From assembly GCA_937905825.1 (NCBI GenBank), contig CALCXM010000039.1:1326-65325 (forward strand): a stretch of 64,000 nt of DNA. Direction: 5' to 3'. Each line of letters begins with the position of its first letter. Position 1 is the first letter of the stretch. The notes under the pieces are model-generated. The model had not been told where the DNA came from. It was given only the letters and a program-made list of their open reading frames with translations, and did no database searches. Positions 55,703-64,000 of this stretch are shown piece after piece. Position numbers and translations under genes: made by a program. The stretch is from an uncultured bacterium. GTDB taxonomy: Bacteria > Planctomycetota > UBA1135 > GCA-002686595.

Positions 55703-56946
55703 GCGCGTTGCTCAGTGTAGTGCTCGATAGCACCGTCGTAGATCGAGTCCAGGTTGTTGCCCTTGCTCTCCCAGGTGGTCTCCGTCGCTGCCCAGTGGGC
55801 CGCTTGACGGGCCAGGCGACGGCGGCCGTCTTCGTCGCTCGCGAGTTGTTCGAGGGCGAACGTCAGGTTAGCAACGGTCTCCACTAGGCTGCCCGCGACG
55901 GGCACGCGCAAGCCGCGATCTTCCCCAACCATCTCGCCTGGACCGCCGAAGTCCAAGCAGACCACCGGGTTCCCTGCGGCCATGGCTTCGGGAACAACCA
56001 TTCCGGCACCTTCAAAAGATGGAAACAGAAAGACATCCGAAGTGTGCATCAGCCCCAAGGTCCGCTCGTGGGACTGGTTGCCGTGCAAGGTCACCTTGTC
56101 CCCAAGTCCGAGTTGTGCCACCCGCCGCTCAATCCAAGGACGCAAGGGGCCGTCCCCAAGCAGCTCGAGTCGCGCTTCGGGTCGACTCAAAGAGAATCGT
56201 GCGAAGGCATCAATCACCAACCGAACGCCCTTGAGATCCACCAGGCGACCCGCGTACAGCACGCGAAACTGACCATTGCGGAAGAAGCGATTGGGAGCCA
56301 AGTTTTGCGGTTCTGTGCCACAGGCCAAACAAGGTTGCAACTTGTGGAGGATGTCCCCATCCAAGCGACCGGGAAATTCGGTACCGAGACTCAAAATGCG
56401 ATCGGCGTTCTGGTGGGTGCGCTTGACGAAGGGGTCCACCGCTAGCAGAGTCCGCTTGATGGCCGCCTTGCTGACTTCACTGAGTCGCGAACGCACGTCA
56501 TCGCGCATCAGAAAGCGATCAGGAACGCGTGGGTGCTGGCCGACGGGACCCCAGACGAAAGGCTTGTCCAAGGACGCTAGGCCAGACGGAATCCAGCTCG
56601 AGGCAAAGGTCAAGTGGTGCACCACGTCAAAGTCGAATTCACGATCCAGTTGACGAGCCCTGCGGCCCATGGCCAGTTGCCACAGGTAGAAGTAGAGCAT
56701 CGCCCCGCGCGAACCGCGTTTCCAGAAGCGCGCCCAGGGCGGTAAATCGAACCCGATCACGTGCAGACGCTCGAGGCCTTCCGCGCGCGCCGCCGCTTCG
56801 ACCTTCTCTACATTGTTCTCGCGGGTGATCAGCCAGGTGTCATAGCGTTGGCTCACCTGCCGCGTCCAGTTCCAACCGATGCCAGCCTCAGACCCTAGTC
56901 CTGGCTCGCAAGCGTAGGCACTGAGCAGAATTCGTTTGTCACTCAT
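55699..56946 (-). CDS. glycosyltransferase family 4
   Basis: MSDKRILLSAYACEPGLGSEAGIGWNW... and C-terminal FLFPSFEGAGMVVPEAMAAGNPVVCLDFGGPGEMV (EX7E-type motif). ATG 56946 overlaps the upstream stop (ATGA). Confidence 0.8.
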   Translation of the reverse strand: MSDKRILLSAYACEPGLGSEAGIGWNWTRQVSQRYDTWLITRENNVEKVEAAARAEGLERLHVIGFDLPPWARFWKRGSRGAMLYFYLWQLAMGRRARQLDREFDFDVVHHLTFASSWIPSGLASLDKPFVWGPVGQHPRVPDRFLMRDDVRSRLSEVSKAAIKRTLLAVDPFVKRTHQNADRILSLGTEFPGRLDGDILHKLQPCLACGTEPQNLAPNRFFRNGQFRVLYAGRLVDLKGVRLVIDAFARFSLSRPEARLELLGDGPLRPWIERRVAQLGLGDKVTLHGNQSHERTLGLMHTSDVFLFPSFEGAGMVVPEAMAAGNPVVCLDFGGPGEMVGEDRGLRVPVAGSLVETVANLTFALEQLASDEDGRRRLARQAAHWAATETTWESKGNNLDSIYDGAIEHYTEQRA

Positions 56947-58307
56947 AGGGCACCTCCAGCAATCAAGGACCGCCCAACCGGACGCAAGCGTGGCGTGCGA
57001 CGGGGAGCCAAGTGTGGCGATAGGGTCCAGGTGTACAAAGCGTAGTGGAATAGCATCACAGGATTCGGAAAGCCGCAGATGCCGAAACCGGTCACTCCGG
57101 AGATCACGACCACTGTTTGGCAGGCAAGGATCAGAGTCCATGAGGACCGATCTTCCTTGGCCGAATGCAGATAGCGTCTGAAGCTAGCACGCAGGGGTAG
57201 AATGGTGATCATCATGAGGAACATGAAGCCTGGCAAGCCGGTGGACACGAGGGAGAACATGTAGGTGTTGTGGGTGTTCGTCCACCAGGTGCCGTGATGA
57301 GCAAAGGGGCCTACGTCGCTCAGCATCAGGTAGCCCGCGCCCAAGATGGGTGCCTGGGGTACCTGCTCCTGAAGCAGAGCCGCCCACAGGCTGGTGCGCC
57401 CGGTTCCCGACATCAAGTCCGCAGAACTTCCATCCCGCAGCACCCAAGCGACGAGTTCATCGATTTGCGTAACGCCCAGCACCACCGTTGCAATCACCAG
57501 ACCAATACCGAACATACGGCGGCGCGGGTTGCCACGATCCACTGGAATCCAGAGCACGAGCTGTCCAGCGATCAAGGTCACGAGAGCCGTTCGTGAACGG
57601 GACATCACCATCACGGAAAGCGCCATCACCAAAACAACGAAGGGCAAGACACGCTCGCGGGCAAAGACTCGTTTCCCACCCCGCTCTTCGCGCAATTCAT
57701 GAGTCGCCCAGAGCGTCAAGACCACAGCGCCAAAGGCCAACACGTTGGCATTCAGCATCTTGTGCCCGAGACGGCCCTGCCCCATGTTGTTCACGTGAAA
57801 GGCCAACTCGGGACGATTGATGACACTCCAAAGCGCCATCAAGAGCAGGGGCAAGAGCGCTAGGCAATGCCAGCGAGCCACCTTGCGCGGGGAGGCGAAA
57901 CGATCGTCCTCAAGAAAGAGCGTGATTCCAAAGAGGAAGAACACCAATAGCTCCCCGAGGCGCATGAAGGAGACCATCGGCATTTGGCTCTGGGGAACAC
58001 CGATCAGCGCCCACAGGAAGAACCCGATGACCGGGACCGAGCGACTGTTCAGAATCGCGCTGGTGGCTTCGCGCCGGCGCAGCAGAACCAGCATCATGCC
58101 CGCCGTGGACACCAGCCGAATCGAGAGCTTAAAGAGTGCATTGGAGCTTCCCAACGCGTCCATTCCCGTCATCCCGCCCGCTTCCGCATCCATGGTCAGG
58201 AAGGGCACGTAGGCGATGAAGTACATCAAGTAGGCCATCGACTTGGCACCGGACAGGTACCAAGCGAGAATGGTGGAGAGCAGGGCCACAAGGATGAAAG
58301 CACTCAT
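56943..58307 (-). CDS. O-antigen ligase / Wzy-type polymerase family membrane protein
   Basis: About 11 TM segments with a central periplasmic loop (HVNNMGQGRLGHKMLNANVLA...) typical of Wzy_C/O-antigen-ligase proteins. Embedded in the polysaccharide operon. Confidence 0.7.
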   Translation of the reverse strand: MSAFILVALLSTILAWYLSGAKSMAYLMYFIAYVPFLTMDAEAGGMTGMDALGSSNALFKLSIRLVSTAGMMLVLLRRREATSAILNSRSVPVIGFFLWALIGVPQSQMPMVSFMRLGELLVFFLFGITLFLEDDRFASPRKVARWHCLALLPLLLMALWSVINRPELAFHVNNMGQGRLGHKMLNANVLAFGAVVLTLWATHELREERGGKRVFARERVLPFVVLVMALSVMVMSRSRTALVTLIAGQLVLWIPVDRGNPRRRMFGIGLVIATVVLGVTQIDELVAWVLRDGSSADLMSGTGRTSLWAALLQEQVPQAPILGAGYLMLSDVGPFAHHGTWWTNTHNTYMFSLVSTGLPGFMFLMMITILPLRASFRRYLHSAKEDRSSWTLILACQTVVVISGVTGFGICGFPNPVMLFHYALYTWTLSPHLAPRRTPRLRPVGRSLIAGGAL

Positions 58308-59716
58308 GCGGCGAGGACCTCCTTTCGCAATGGGGTCTGCGTCCTCGTCAGGCGCGGCAGCAAAAGCTCTGCCAGTTCTTGGCGCGTGTCCCGCAACCAG
58401 TCGACTTGTTCGAACCCCGGGTGTTCTTGGTGGTTCAAGGCCTCGTCATCCGTGGCCGCCCGCAGCACTTCCAAGGCGATGAAGGCAATGCCATCCGCAG
58501 CACAGAGTCCGTGTTGTGAGAGCAACCCACTAGCTTCGCTCGCGAGCAGCGCTTCCAGTTCCGCGAGCAACTCTTTGGCCCCCACCCGCCGGACGAGAAT
58601 GCCCGTCTGCAGATGAAAGTGAATGAGATCCGAAAGGATCGGAGACTGCCAATTGGCGAACTCCCAATCGAAGGCAGCCAGTCGGTCCCCTTGCACGGCC
58701 AGGTTCCAGGGGGTGAAGTCCCCATGGGCAAGAGCGCAGGGAACCTCGCGGGAGCCAAGGGCGTTGCTGAGCGCAGCGTGCAAGCGGGTCATGCTCTCAA
58801 TCCACGGGCCATCCACCCGCTGCGCAAGCGCGTCCAGGTGTTCCCGACTGCGCATCAGGGTGGGTAGCTCAGCCCCCATCACCCGCGAGCCGGTGCGCTT
58901 GGCGAGTGCTTCTAAGAAGCAAACGTGGGCTGGCGTGAGCACGTCCGTCGAGCGCGAGCCAGCGACTGGCGATTGCACCATCCAGGCATGGGCTGCATGG
59001 CAACCGCTATCGAGCAAGCGGGGTGCGTGCTCTGCGCCCCAATGCAGGCTCTCGAAGCGTTCTAGGGTGCTGGCCTCATGGGCAACGCGCGGGCTCGCGC
59101 CTGGACCCAGGGCCACTTTCAAGAAACCTTCCGCGCGCCCGAGGGGGTCGCAGATTCGTAGGGTCGCTTTGCGCAGGAAGCCCGGGACGCCGAGCGAGAT
59201 CGCCACGCGACTTCCGGGACGTTTGGCAAGCCATGCGCAGGCGGGACCAGTGTTCACTTCCCCTTTGATGGCCACGAGCAGGCCGCTGAAACCGAACCGA
59301 TTGGCGCAACCAAACGATGCAGCGACTTGCAGCAGACGGCGCGCCGCGCGCCACAGGCGGCGGCCAGCGGGCAGCAGGCAAACACCGGCACGGAATCCCT
59401 TCCCATCCGCAGGCAACAGAACGTGACTTCCTCCGGTGCTCGGCAGCACCAGCCAACGGTGAGCTTGACCTTCCTTTGACCAGGCGCGTTCCAAGCTTGC
59501 CGTGAGAGATCGTTTGCCGAAGCGAGCGAGCAGACCCTGCTTCAAACTCCCTTGGATCGCATCCACCACCACCAGCGCTTGACCGCGCTTGCAAGAGCGC
59601 CAGGCAGTCTGCAGCAATTCTTCGTCCAAGGGCCCAGGACCACCTAAAACGATGGGATCCTGCAGTTCCCCAATCGTCAAGGGGAACCAGGCGTCGAGGC
59701 CATAGGGCAAGCTCAT
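58304..59716 (-). CDS. protein-kinase-like fold phosphotransferase (APH/choline-kinase-like) with about 230-aa N-terminal domain of unknown function
   Basis: Catalytic-loop motif ALAHGDFTPWNL (HxDxxxxN) followed by AAFDWEFA (the metal-binding Asp position). ATGA overlaps on both sides. Confidence 0.55.
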   Translation of the reverse strand: MSLPYGLDAWFPLTIGELQDPIVLGGPGPLDEELLQTAWRSCKRGQALVVVDAIQGSLKQGLLARFGKRSLTASLERAWSKEGQAHRWLVLPSTGGSHVLLPADGKGFRAGVCLLPAGRRLWRAARRLLQVAASFGCANRFGFSGLLVAIKGEVNTGPACAWLAKRPGSRVAISLGVPGFLRKATLRICDPLGRAEGFLKVALGPGASPRVAHEASTLERFESLHWGAEHAPRLLDSGCHAAHAWMVQSPVAGSRSTDVLTPAHVCFLEALAKRTGSRVMGAELPTLMRSREHLDALAQRVDGPWIESMTRLHAALSNALGSREVPCALAHGDFTPWNLAVQGDRLAAFDWEFANWQSPILSDLIHFHLQTGILVRRVGAKELLAELEALLASEASGLLSQHGLCAADGIAFIALEVLRAATDDEALNHQEHPGFEQVDWLRDTRQELAELLLPRLTRTQTPLRKEVLAA

Positions 59717-61128
59717 TGCTCTTCTCCTCCGAAGACTGCATCCAGCACATCGTTCACGGCTTCCTCCACCGTTCCGTTGTTGTGTACCAGGACAAAGCCT
59801 GGTTCAGTCAGCCCAAGGGTTTCATAGGCGGCGATTTGGAACGCACTCTCCTCCACACTGAGCTCCTGTTTGCGAGCCCGAACGCGTTCGAGCTGTGCGC
59901 TGATCACCACCACCTTGTCCGGCTTGGGAACCCAAGGAGACAACCAGTGCACCATCTGGGTTCCACGGCGAACACGGCAGCGCAAGGGGTCGACTTTGTA
60001 GTCGTAGAAGTAGCGATCGAACAGAATCAGCGAAGGCCGGCGACGCCGGGGCGTGATCTTCAGAGCGAAGCCCACGATGTAGTCCAGCCAGTAGTAAGCC
60101 ACGCGTACGTTCGACAAAAAGGCGCCGGAAGGCTTCGCGCGATGCGGGCGATCCATGTCTGCAAGGCTGTAGGTCGAACGACCCAAGTGCAGGAGCGTGT
60201 CGAGCTGTGGGATGACCATGGGGCGCAGGTGCCAAGTTCCAGACTCTGCACTGCGAAAGGCCGGCGCAAGCTCGCGCTCGAGCGCCTCCATCACCGTGGT
60301 CTTGCCCGCGCCGTCGGTCCCTAGAAAAGCCAAGAAGAGCCCACGGGGCCGCCAAAGAGGCCTGATTCGCGCTCCGTAGGCGAAGCTCAACAAACCCCAG
60401 GTGGAGCGCAGGGGAGAGCGGAGGAAGCGACGTCCAATCAGTTTGAAGCGGAGCCCGCGTGCTTCGCCCGACAAGGCTTCGTACTCGCCCGCAGCCAACT
60501 GCGCGCAAAAGCGTGCCGCCGCGCCGGCTCCCAAGAGGGTTCCCAGCAAGCTGCGGACCTCGCCGGAGTCATGGGCCAAGTGTTCCTTCAGAGATTCGGC
60601 ATAGTCTTGGCGCACCACTCCTCCTGAAAGGAAGGGCCCCATGAAGTTGGCCAGGGCCCCCGGACCCGGTTGGACAATGCAAAGTTCTCTGCTGTCCGCC
60701 GTCGTCGGCATGAGCAACTTGGAGTCCAAAAACGGCACCCCAAAAACCGCCTCACTGCTGTGCAAGTCCACCGAGAGAAAGTGGTGGGTCCCGTCTGCCG
60801 AACGCGCATGAAGCTGATACTGGGTGAAGAACCCCGCTTCCGCCTTCTGCCAAACGCGTGCGCCAAAATCCTCACAGGTCTCCGTGAGTAGCTCCTCGAA
60901 CAAGGAGCGTTCAGAGGCCGGCAAGAGGATGTCCACGTCCGAGCCCCGACGAATCTTTGGCAGATTCTCGTGGCCACGGAGGAATGCGTAGGCGATCCCT
61001 AGGCGTCCCAGGTTCTTGGCCAGATCGAGAACCAATGAGCCCAAGACGTGCTTGCCCGACGCGTCCTTGAGGGGACGCGGGGTGTCCAAGTCGGCCATGG
61101 GCCAGGAGGCGAGTTCGGTCGGTCCCAT
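59713..61128 (-). CDS. fusion protein: nucleotidyltransferase-like N-domain + thymidylate-kinase-like P-loop C-domain
   Basis: N-terminal YAFLRGHENLPKIRRGSDVDILLP (GS...DxD NTase-fold motif, like the 'uncharacterised nucleotidyltransferase' family). C-terminal FLGTDGAGKTTV (Walker A as in dTMP kinase) and LILFDRYFYD (DRY motif). Alternative start ATG 61098. Confidence 0.55.
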   Translation of the reverse strand: MGPTELASWPMADLDTPRPLKDASGKHVLGSLVLDLAKNLGRLGIAYAFLRGHENLPKIRRGSDVDILLPASERSLFEELLTETCEDFGARVWQKAEAGFFTQYQLHARSADGTHHFLSVDLHSSEAVFGVPFLDSKLLMPTTADSRELCIVQPGPGALANFMGPFLSGGVVRQDYAESLKEHLAHDSGEVRSLLGTLLGAGAAARFCAQLAAGEYEALSGEARGLRFKLIGRRFLRSPLRSTWGLLSFAYGARIRPLWRPRGLFLAFLGTDGAGKTTVMEALERELAPAFRSAESGTWHLRPMVIPQLDTLLHLGRSTYSLADMDRPHRAKPSGAFLSNVRVAYYWLDYIVGFALKITPRRRRPSLILFDRYFYDYKVDPLRCRVRRGTQMVHWLSPWVPKPDKVVVISAQLERVRARKQELSVEESAFQIAAYETLGLTEPGFVLVHNNGTVEEAVNDVLDAVFGGEEQ

Positions 61129-61132
61129 TGAA

Positions 61133-63979
61133 TCAACCAGAGCGGCGGCTCAGGTTTTCGTTGCGATCTTCCCCATAGCCGTAGCCGTAGCCATAGCCAT
61201 AGCCGTAGTTGTCACTGCTGCTGGCGCGAACAAAGTTGAGCACCACGCCGGTCAGCTTCACGCCGGAGCGGCGCAGGCGTTGCACCGTGCGAATCAGCAT
61301 TCCGCGCGAGACGCCGCCTGAGCGGTAAACGACGGCCACCGAGTCGAACTTGTCCGCGAAGGTTTCCACGTCCGAGACGAGCATGGCCGGCGGCAAGTCG
61401 AAGACCACGTGATCGTAGCGCGACTTCAGCTCTTCGAGCAAAGCAACGGCGTCGTCGGTGCGCAGCAGATCGTTCGGCGAGTGCACCGCGTGGCCGGCGG
61501 GCAAGATGTCCAAGCCTTCCACTTCCGTGGGGTGCACGCTCTCCTCCCAGGGCTGCTTGCCCTCGAGAGCTTCGGCCAACCCAGTGCCGCGACAGACCTC
61601 GAAGTAATCCCCGAGGCTGGGACTGCGCATGTCCGCATCGACCAGTAGAACCCGGCGACCACCTCCAGCGAAGGCCAGGGCCATGTTGACGTTGGTCTGC
61701 GTTTTGCCTTCGTTCGCGACGCAGGAGGTCGCGGCAAAGGTTCGCACCGTTTCACCATTCTCCGCTGAGAAGCGCAAGGCCTCCCGAATCGAACGATAAC
61801 TCTCAGCAACCGCCCCCTGGGCGTCATCACGCATGGGCAAGAAGTCCTTGCCGGAGCAGCGCGCGCGCAGCTTGCCATGGCGGAAGTCCGGCACGGTACC
61901 GATTACGGGCAGGTCCGCAGCTTCTTCCACAGCCGCTTGGGTGTGCAGACTGTCGATCAAGGCGTTGCGCAACCAGGCCAAGCCGAGGCCGAGCAAAAGG
62001 CCCATCAAAATCGCCACACTGATGTTTGTCACGACTCGCGGGGAGCGGCGACGCAGAGGCGCGATCGCAGGATCGATCATGACCGCAGAGGGCATCGTGC
62101 CCGCGCGAGCCAATTGAGCTTGCTGTTGGCTTTCCAACAGGATGCGCGCGATGCCGTTGAAGGCCTCCCGGCGACGCATGGGGTCCGCTAGCTGACGTTC
62201 GTGCTCGGGCAGACTCGCCAGCTGCTCTTCTAGTTCAACGATGGCCAGGGACAGCGAAGACTCATGGATGTCGAAGCCCGACAGTTGACTGGTCAGGTTC
62301 TCGCGTACGAGACCCAACAACCGGTTGGCTGCAGCGTCAATTCGCCCGAGTTCTTCTGAAGACCAGCCTTCCACGGCGCGGTGGTGCGAGGCGATTAGCT
62401 CCTTTTGTTCTGCAATGCTACTCTCCAGAACGGCCAGTCGAGTTTGAGCGTGAATCACCAATCGATTGATCAGTGCCTTGCGAGCTAGAACCCGCGAATT
62501 GAGGTCCGGGTGCTTGGCGGTCACCGTTTGTTCGAGCCGCGCGGTCTCGTTGTCCAAGACGGCGATCTCGCTTAGGTACTTGAGGGCGATGGAGTCCACG
62601 TTCGGCTCGTTGCCTGCCAGCATCGTGAGGCTCGACTCATCCCCCTTGCCGATGGCGTCGACCGTGGTCTGCAGGGACTTCTGCTGGAGGTTCAAGGCTT
62701 CGAGCTGGGTGTTCAAGTCCGCCAGGTTGCGTTGCAACATCAACTTGTAAGCACCGGCATCTGAGCGATCGAAGCTGGCAGCGGCGGCCCGCAAGTTGCC
62801 AATGGCTTCCAAGTGACTGAGAGTCAGGGCATCGATCGTGCCGGGGCCCAGCAGTGCGAGTGCGTGAGTGTTGCCTTCCTCTAGCTGCGCCAATGCTTGC
62901 TTCACCGAGCGTCTGGCCAGTTGGACCCGTGTGCGCTCCTCTTCATAGCTAGCCAAGGCGCCGATCATCGTCTGCGAAGTCGCCGTGACGTTGATTGCCG
63001 TTGCGTGCTTGGCTGAGATCTCCACGACCTCGGACTCCGCCAATTGGAGTTGGTCGATCACCCGCTCGAGCTCCGCGTCCACGAAGCCAAGGGTACGGTC
63101 GGCCCGCAAGCTGCCCAGACGCACGCTGCGTGAGAAGTAGACTTGAGCCATAGCATTGACGGTCTCTGCAGCCCGGTGCGGATCCCCGTCCTCCACGGTC
63201 AGATGCAGCACGCCCGAGTTCCGGCTGGTCTCGCGGACCGTGGTGTGGGCCATCAGGCGCTCCACACAGTCCCGTTCGGTCAGGCGCCGCACGCTGTAGC
63301 TCTCCCCCGTGTAGCTGCCCGTGGCATGCAAGCGCAGCTGCATGCCGTTGTATTCGATCGGCGCACCGGCGAAGTAATCGTATTCGTCTTGTTCGTCGCC
63401 ACCACCCAACAGTCCTGGCCCGGAAACTCGCACGCGGTCTTCCGCGAGGAACTCGACGCGGAACTCATCCACGGCGCGCTCGTCCCCGGTGGCCATGGCA
63501 ACGAACAGGCGATGGGGACCGCTGGGACCGCCAAACAATGTTCGCTTGAAGGAGACGTAGGGTGACAGGGCTTCGGCCTGAACGAGAATGGTCCGGTCCC
63601 GAAACTCGGGGGAGATGTACGCGTAGGGCTCATCCTGGAACGAGTTGTCTTGAGCGCTTCCCGTGGCCGTAGACTTGATCACCTCCTCCGCCAAGGAGCG
63701 CGAACTCAAGAGCGCGATCTCGCTTTCCGCGGCCGGTGCGCTTGTGAGCACCGCCAAGTCCGCCAGGGCCCCCGAGCCCTTGCCTTCTTCTTCCAAGCGC
63801 AGGGTGGCAGAAGCTCGGTAGACCGGCGTGCGCGTCAGGGTGTAGACCGAGGCAAAACCCACGACGGCCAGGGCCGTAGCTAGAATCGTCAAGCGCCAGC
63901 GCTCTACGAACGCGAAGAACTCTCCGAGGGTGAGGAATTCCTCACGCCCCTCTTGCTGCGTTGTGTGCTCGTGCGGCAT
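61133..63979 (-). CDS. polysaccharide co-polymerase / tyrosine autokinase (Wzc/GumC/EpsB-type, PCP-2a)
   Basis: N-terminal Wzz-type TM (RWRLTILATALAVVGFASVY), long coiled-coil periplasmic region, second TM (ISVAILMGLLLGLGLAWL), CpsD-like kinase with Walker A SCVANEGKTQT, Walker A' LLVDADMR and Walker B VVFDLPP. C-terminal Tyr cluster DNYGYGYGYGYGYGED. Confidence 0.85.
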   Translation of the reverse strand: MPHEHTTQQEGREEFLTLGEFFAFVERWRLTILATALAVVGFASVYTLTRTPVYRASATLRLEEEGKGSGALADLAVLTSAPAAESEIALLSSRSLAEEVIKSTATGSAQDNSFQDEPYAYISPEFRDRTILVQAEALSPYVSFKRTLFGGPSGPHRLFVAMATGDERAVDEFRVEFLAEDRVRVSGPGLLGGGDEQDEYDYFAGAPIEYNGMQLRLHATGSYTGESYSVRRLTERDCVERLMAHTTVRETSRNSGVLHLTVEDGDPHRAAETVNAMAQVYFSRSVRLGSLRADRTLGFVDAELERVIDQLQLAESEVVEISAKHATAINVTATSQTMIGALASYEEERTRVQLARRSVKQALAQLEEGNTHALALLGPGTIDALTLSHLEAIGNLRAAAASFDRSDAGAYKLMLQRNLADLNTQLEALNLQQKSLQTTVDAIGKGDESSLTMLAGNEPNVDSIALKYLSEIAVLDNETARLEQTVTAKHPDLNSRVLARKALINRLVIHAQTRLAVLESSIAEQKELIASHHRAVEGWSSEELGRIDAAANRLLGLVRENLTSQLSGFDIHESSLSLAIVELEEQLASLPEHERQLADPMRRREAFNGIARILLESQQQAQLARAGTMPSAVMIDPAIAPLRRRSPRVVTNISVAILMGLLLGLGLAWLRNALIDSLHTQAAVEEAADLPVIGTVPDFRHGKLRARCSGKDFLPMRDDAQGAVAESYRSIREALRFSAENGETVRTFAATSCVANEGKTQTNVNMALAFAGGGRRVLLVDADMRSPSLGDYFEVCRGTGLAEALEGKQPWEESVHPTEVEGLDILPAGHAVHSPNDLLRTDDAVALLEELKSRYDHVVFDLPPAMLVSDVETFADKFDSVAVVYRSGGVSRGMLIRTVQRLRRSGVKLTGVVLNFVRASSSDNYGYGYGYGYGYGEDRNENLSRRSG
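61175..61208. repeat. hexanucleotide tandem repeat (RTAGCC)n encoding the (YG)n tail of the tyrosine kinase
   Basis: atagcc gtagcc gtagcc atagcc atagcc gtag on the + strand, which is (TAY GGY)n on the coding strand. Confidence 0.7.
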
Positions 63980-64000
63980 AAGGCTTAAAGCGCGTCAGCA

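Noticed and set aside
1-64000. Looked for mobile-element hallmarks (transposase, integrase, tRNA-flanked island, abrupt composition shift)
   Set aside because: No transposase- or integrase-like translation, no tRNA, and no obvious compositional break by eye. The unusual loci appear to be native chromosomal content.

Overview
GC-rich chromosomal segment from a diderm (Gram-negative-type) bacterium. Lineage cannot be fixed by eye: the many lipobox/TPR/FG-GAP envelope proteins and a PVC-type small basic protein hint at a Planctomycetota/Verrucomicrobiota-like organism, but this is unverified. I support about 47 CDS. I saw no rRNA, tRNA, CRISPR array, transposase or integrase. Layout: (1) 1-4.9 kb, minus-strand housekeeping genes (partial SprA-related, lipoprotein, der, queE, small basic protein, membrane protein). 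(2) 5.2-15.3 kb, two CRTAC1/ASPIC-UnbV FG-GAP lipoprotein + TPR pairs and a third TPR lipoprotein flanking mtaB and a family-4 uracil-DNA glycosylase. (3) 15.3-28.3 kb, the most unusual region: a 680-nt non-coding leader, then seven co-directional genes (secretin, 991-aa TPR-like protein, 394-aa TPR-like protein, ExbB, ExbD, ExbD, second paralogous secretin) closed by a canonical terminator. This block has no secretion ATPase, platform protein, pseudopilin or TonB. (4) 28.4-29.7 kb, HAD and Nudix hydrolases. (5) 29.7-43.2 kb, two complete Opp/Dpp-type ABC importers in mirror-image divergent operons. (6) 43.2-49.5 kb, a tautomerase-like gene and a GldA/GldF/GldG-like ABC-2 system whose GldG is tandemly duplicated, plus a DUF4340-like gene. 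(7) 49.7-64 kb, an exopolysaccharide locus (GT4 enzymes, GT-C-like membrane protein, acetyltransferase, Wzy/O-antigen-ligase-like, Wzc-type tyrosine autokinase) containing two unusual kinase/nucleotidyltransferase genes. All functional calls rest on motifs I recognised in the supplied translations. No database search was run. Many start codons were re-assigned from the ORF track using signal peptides, conserved N-termini and ATGA/GTGA stop-start overlaps.
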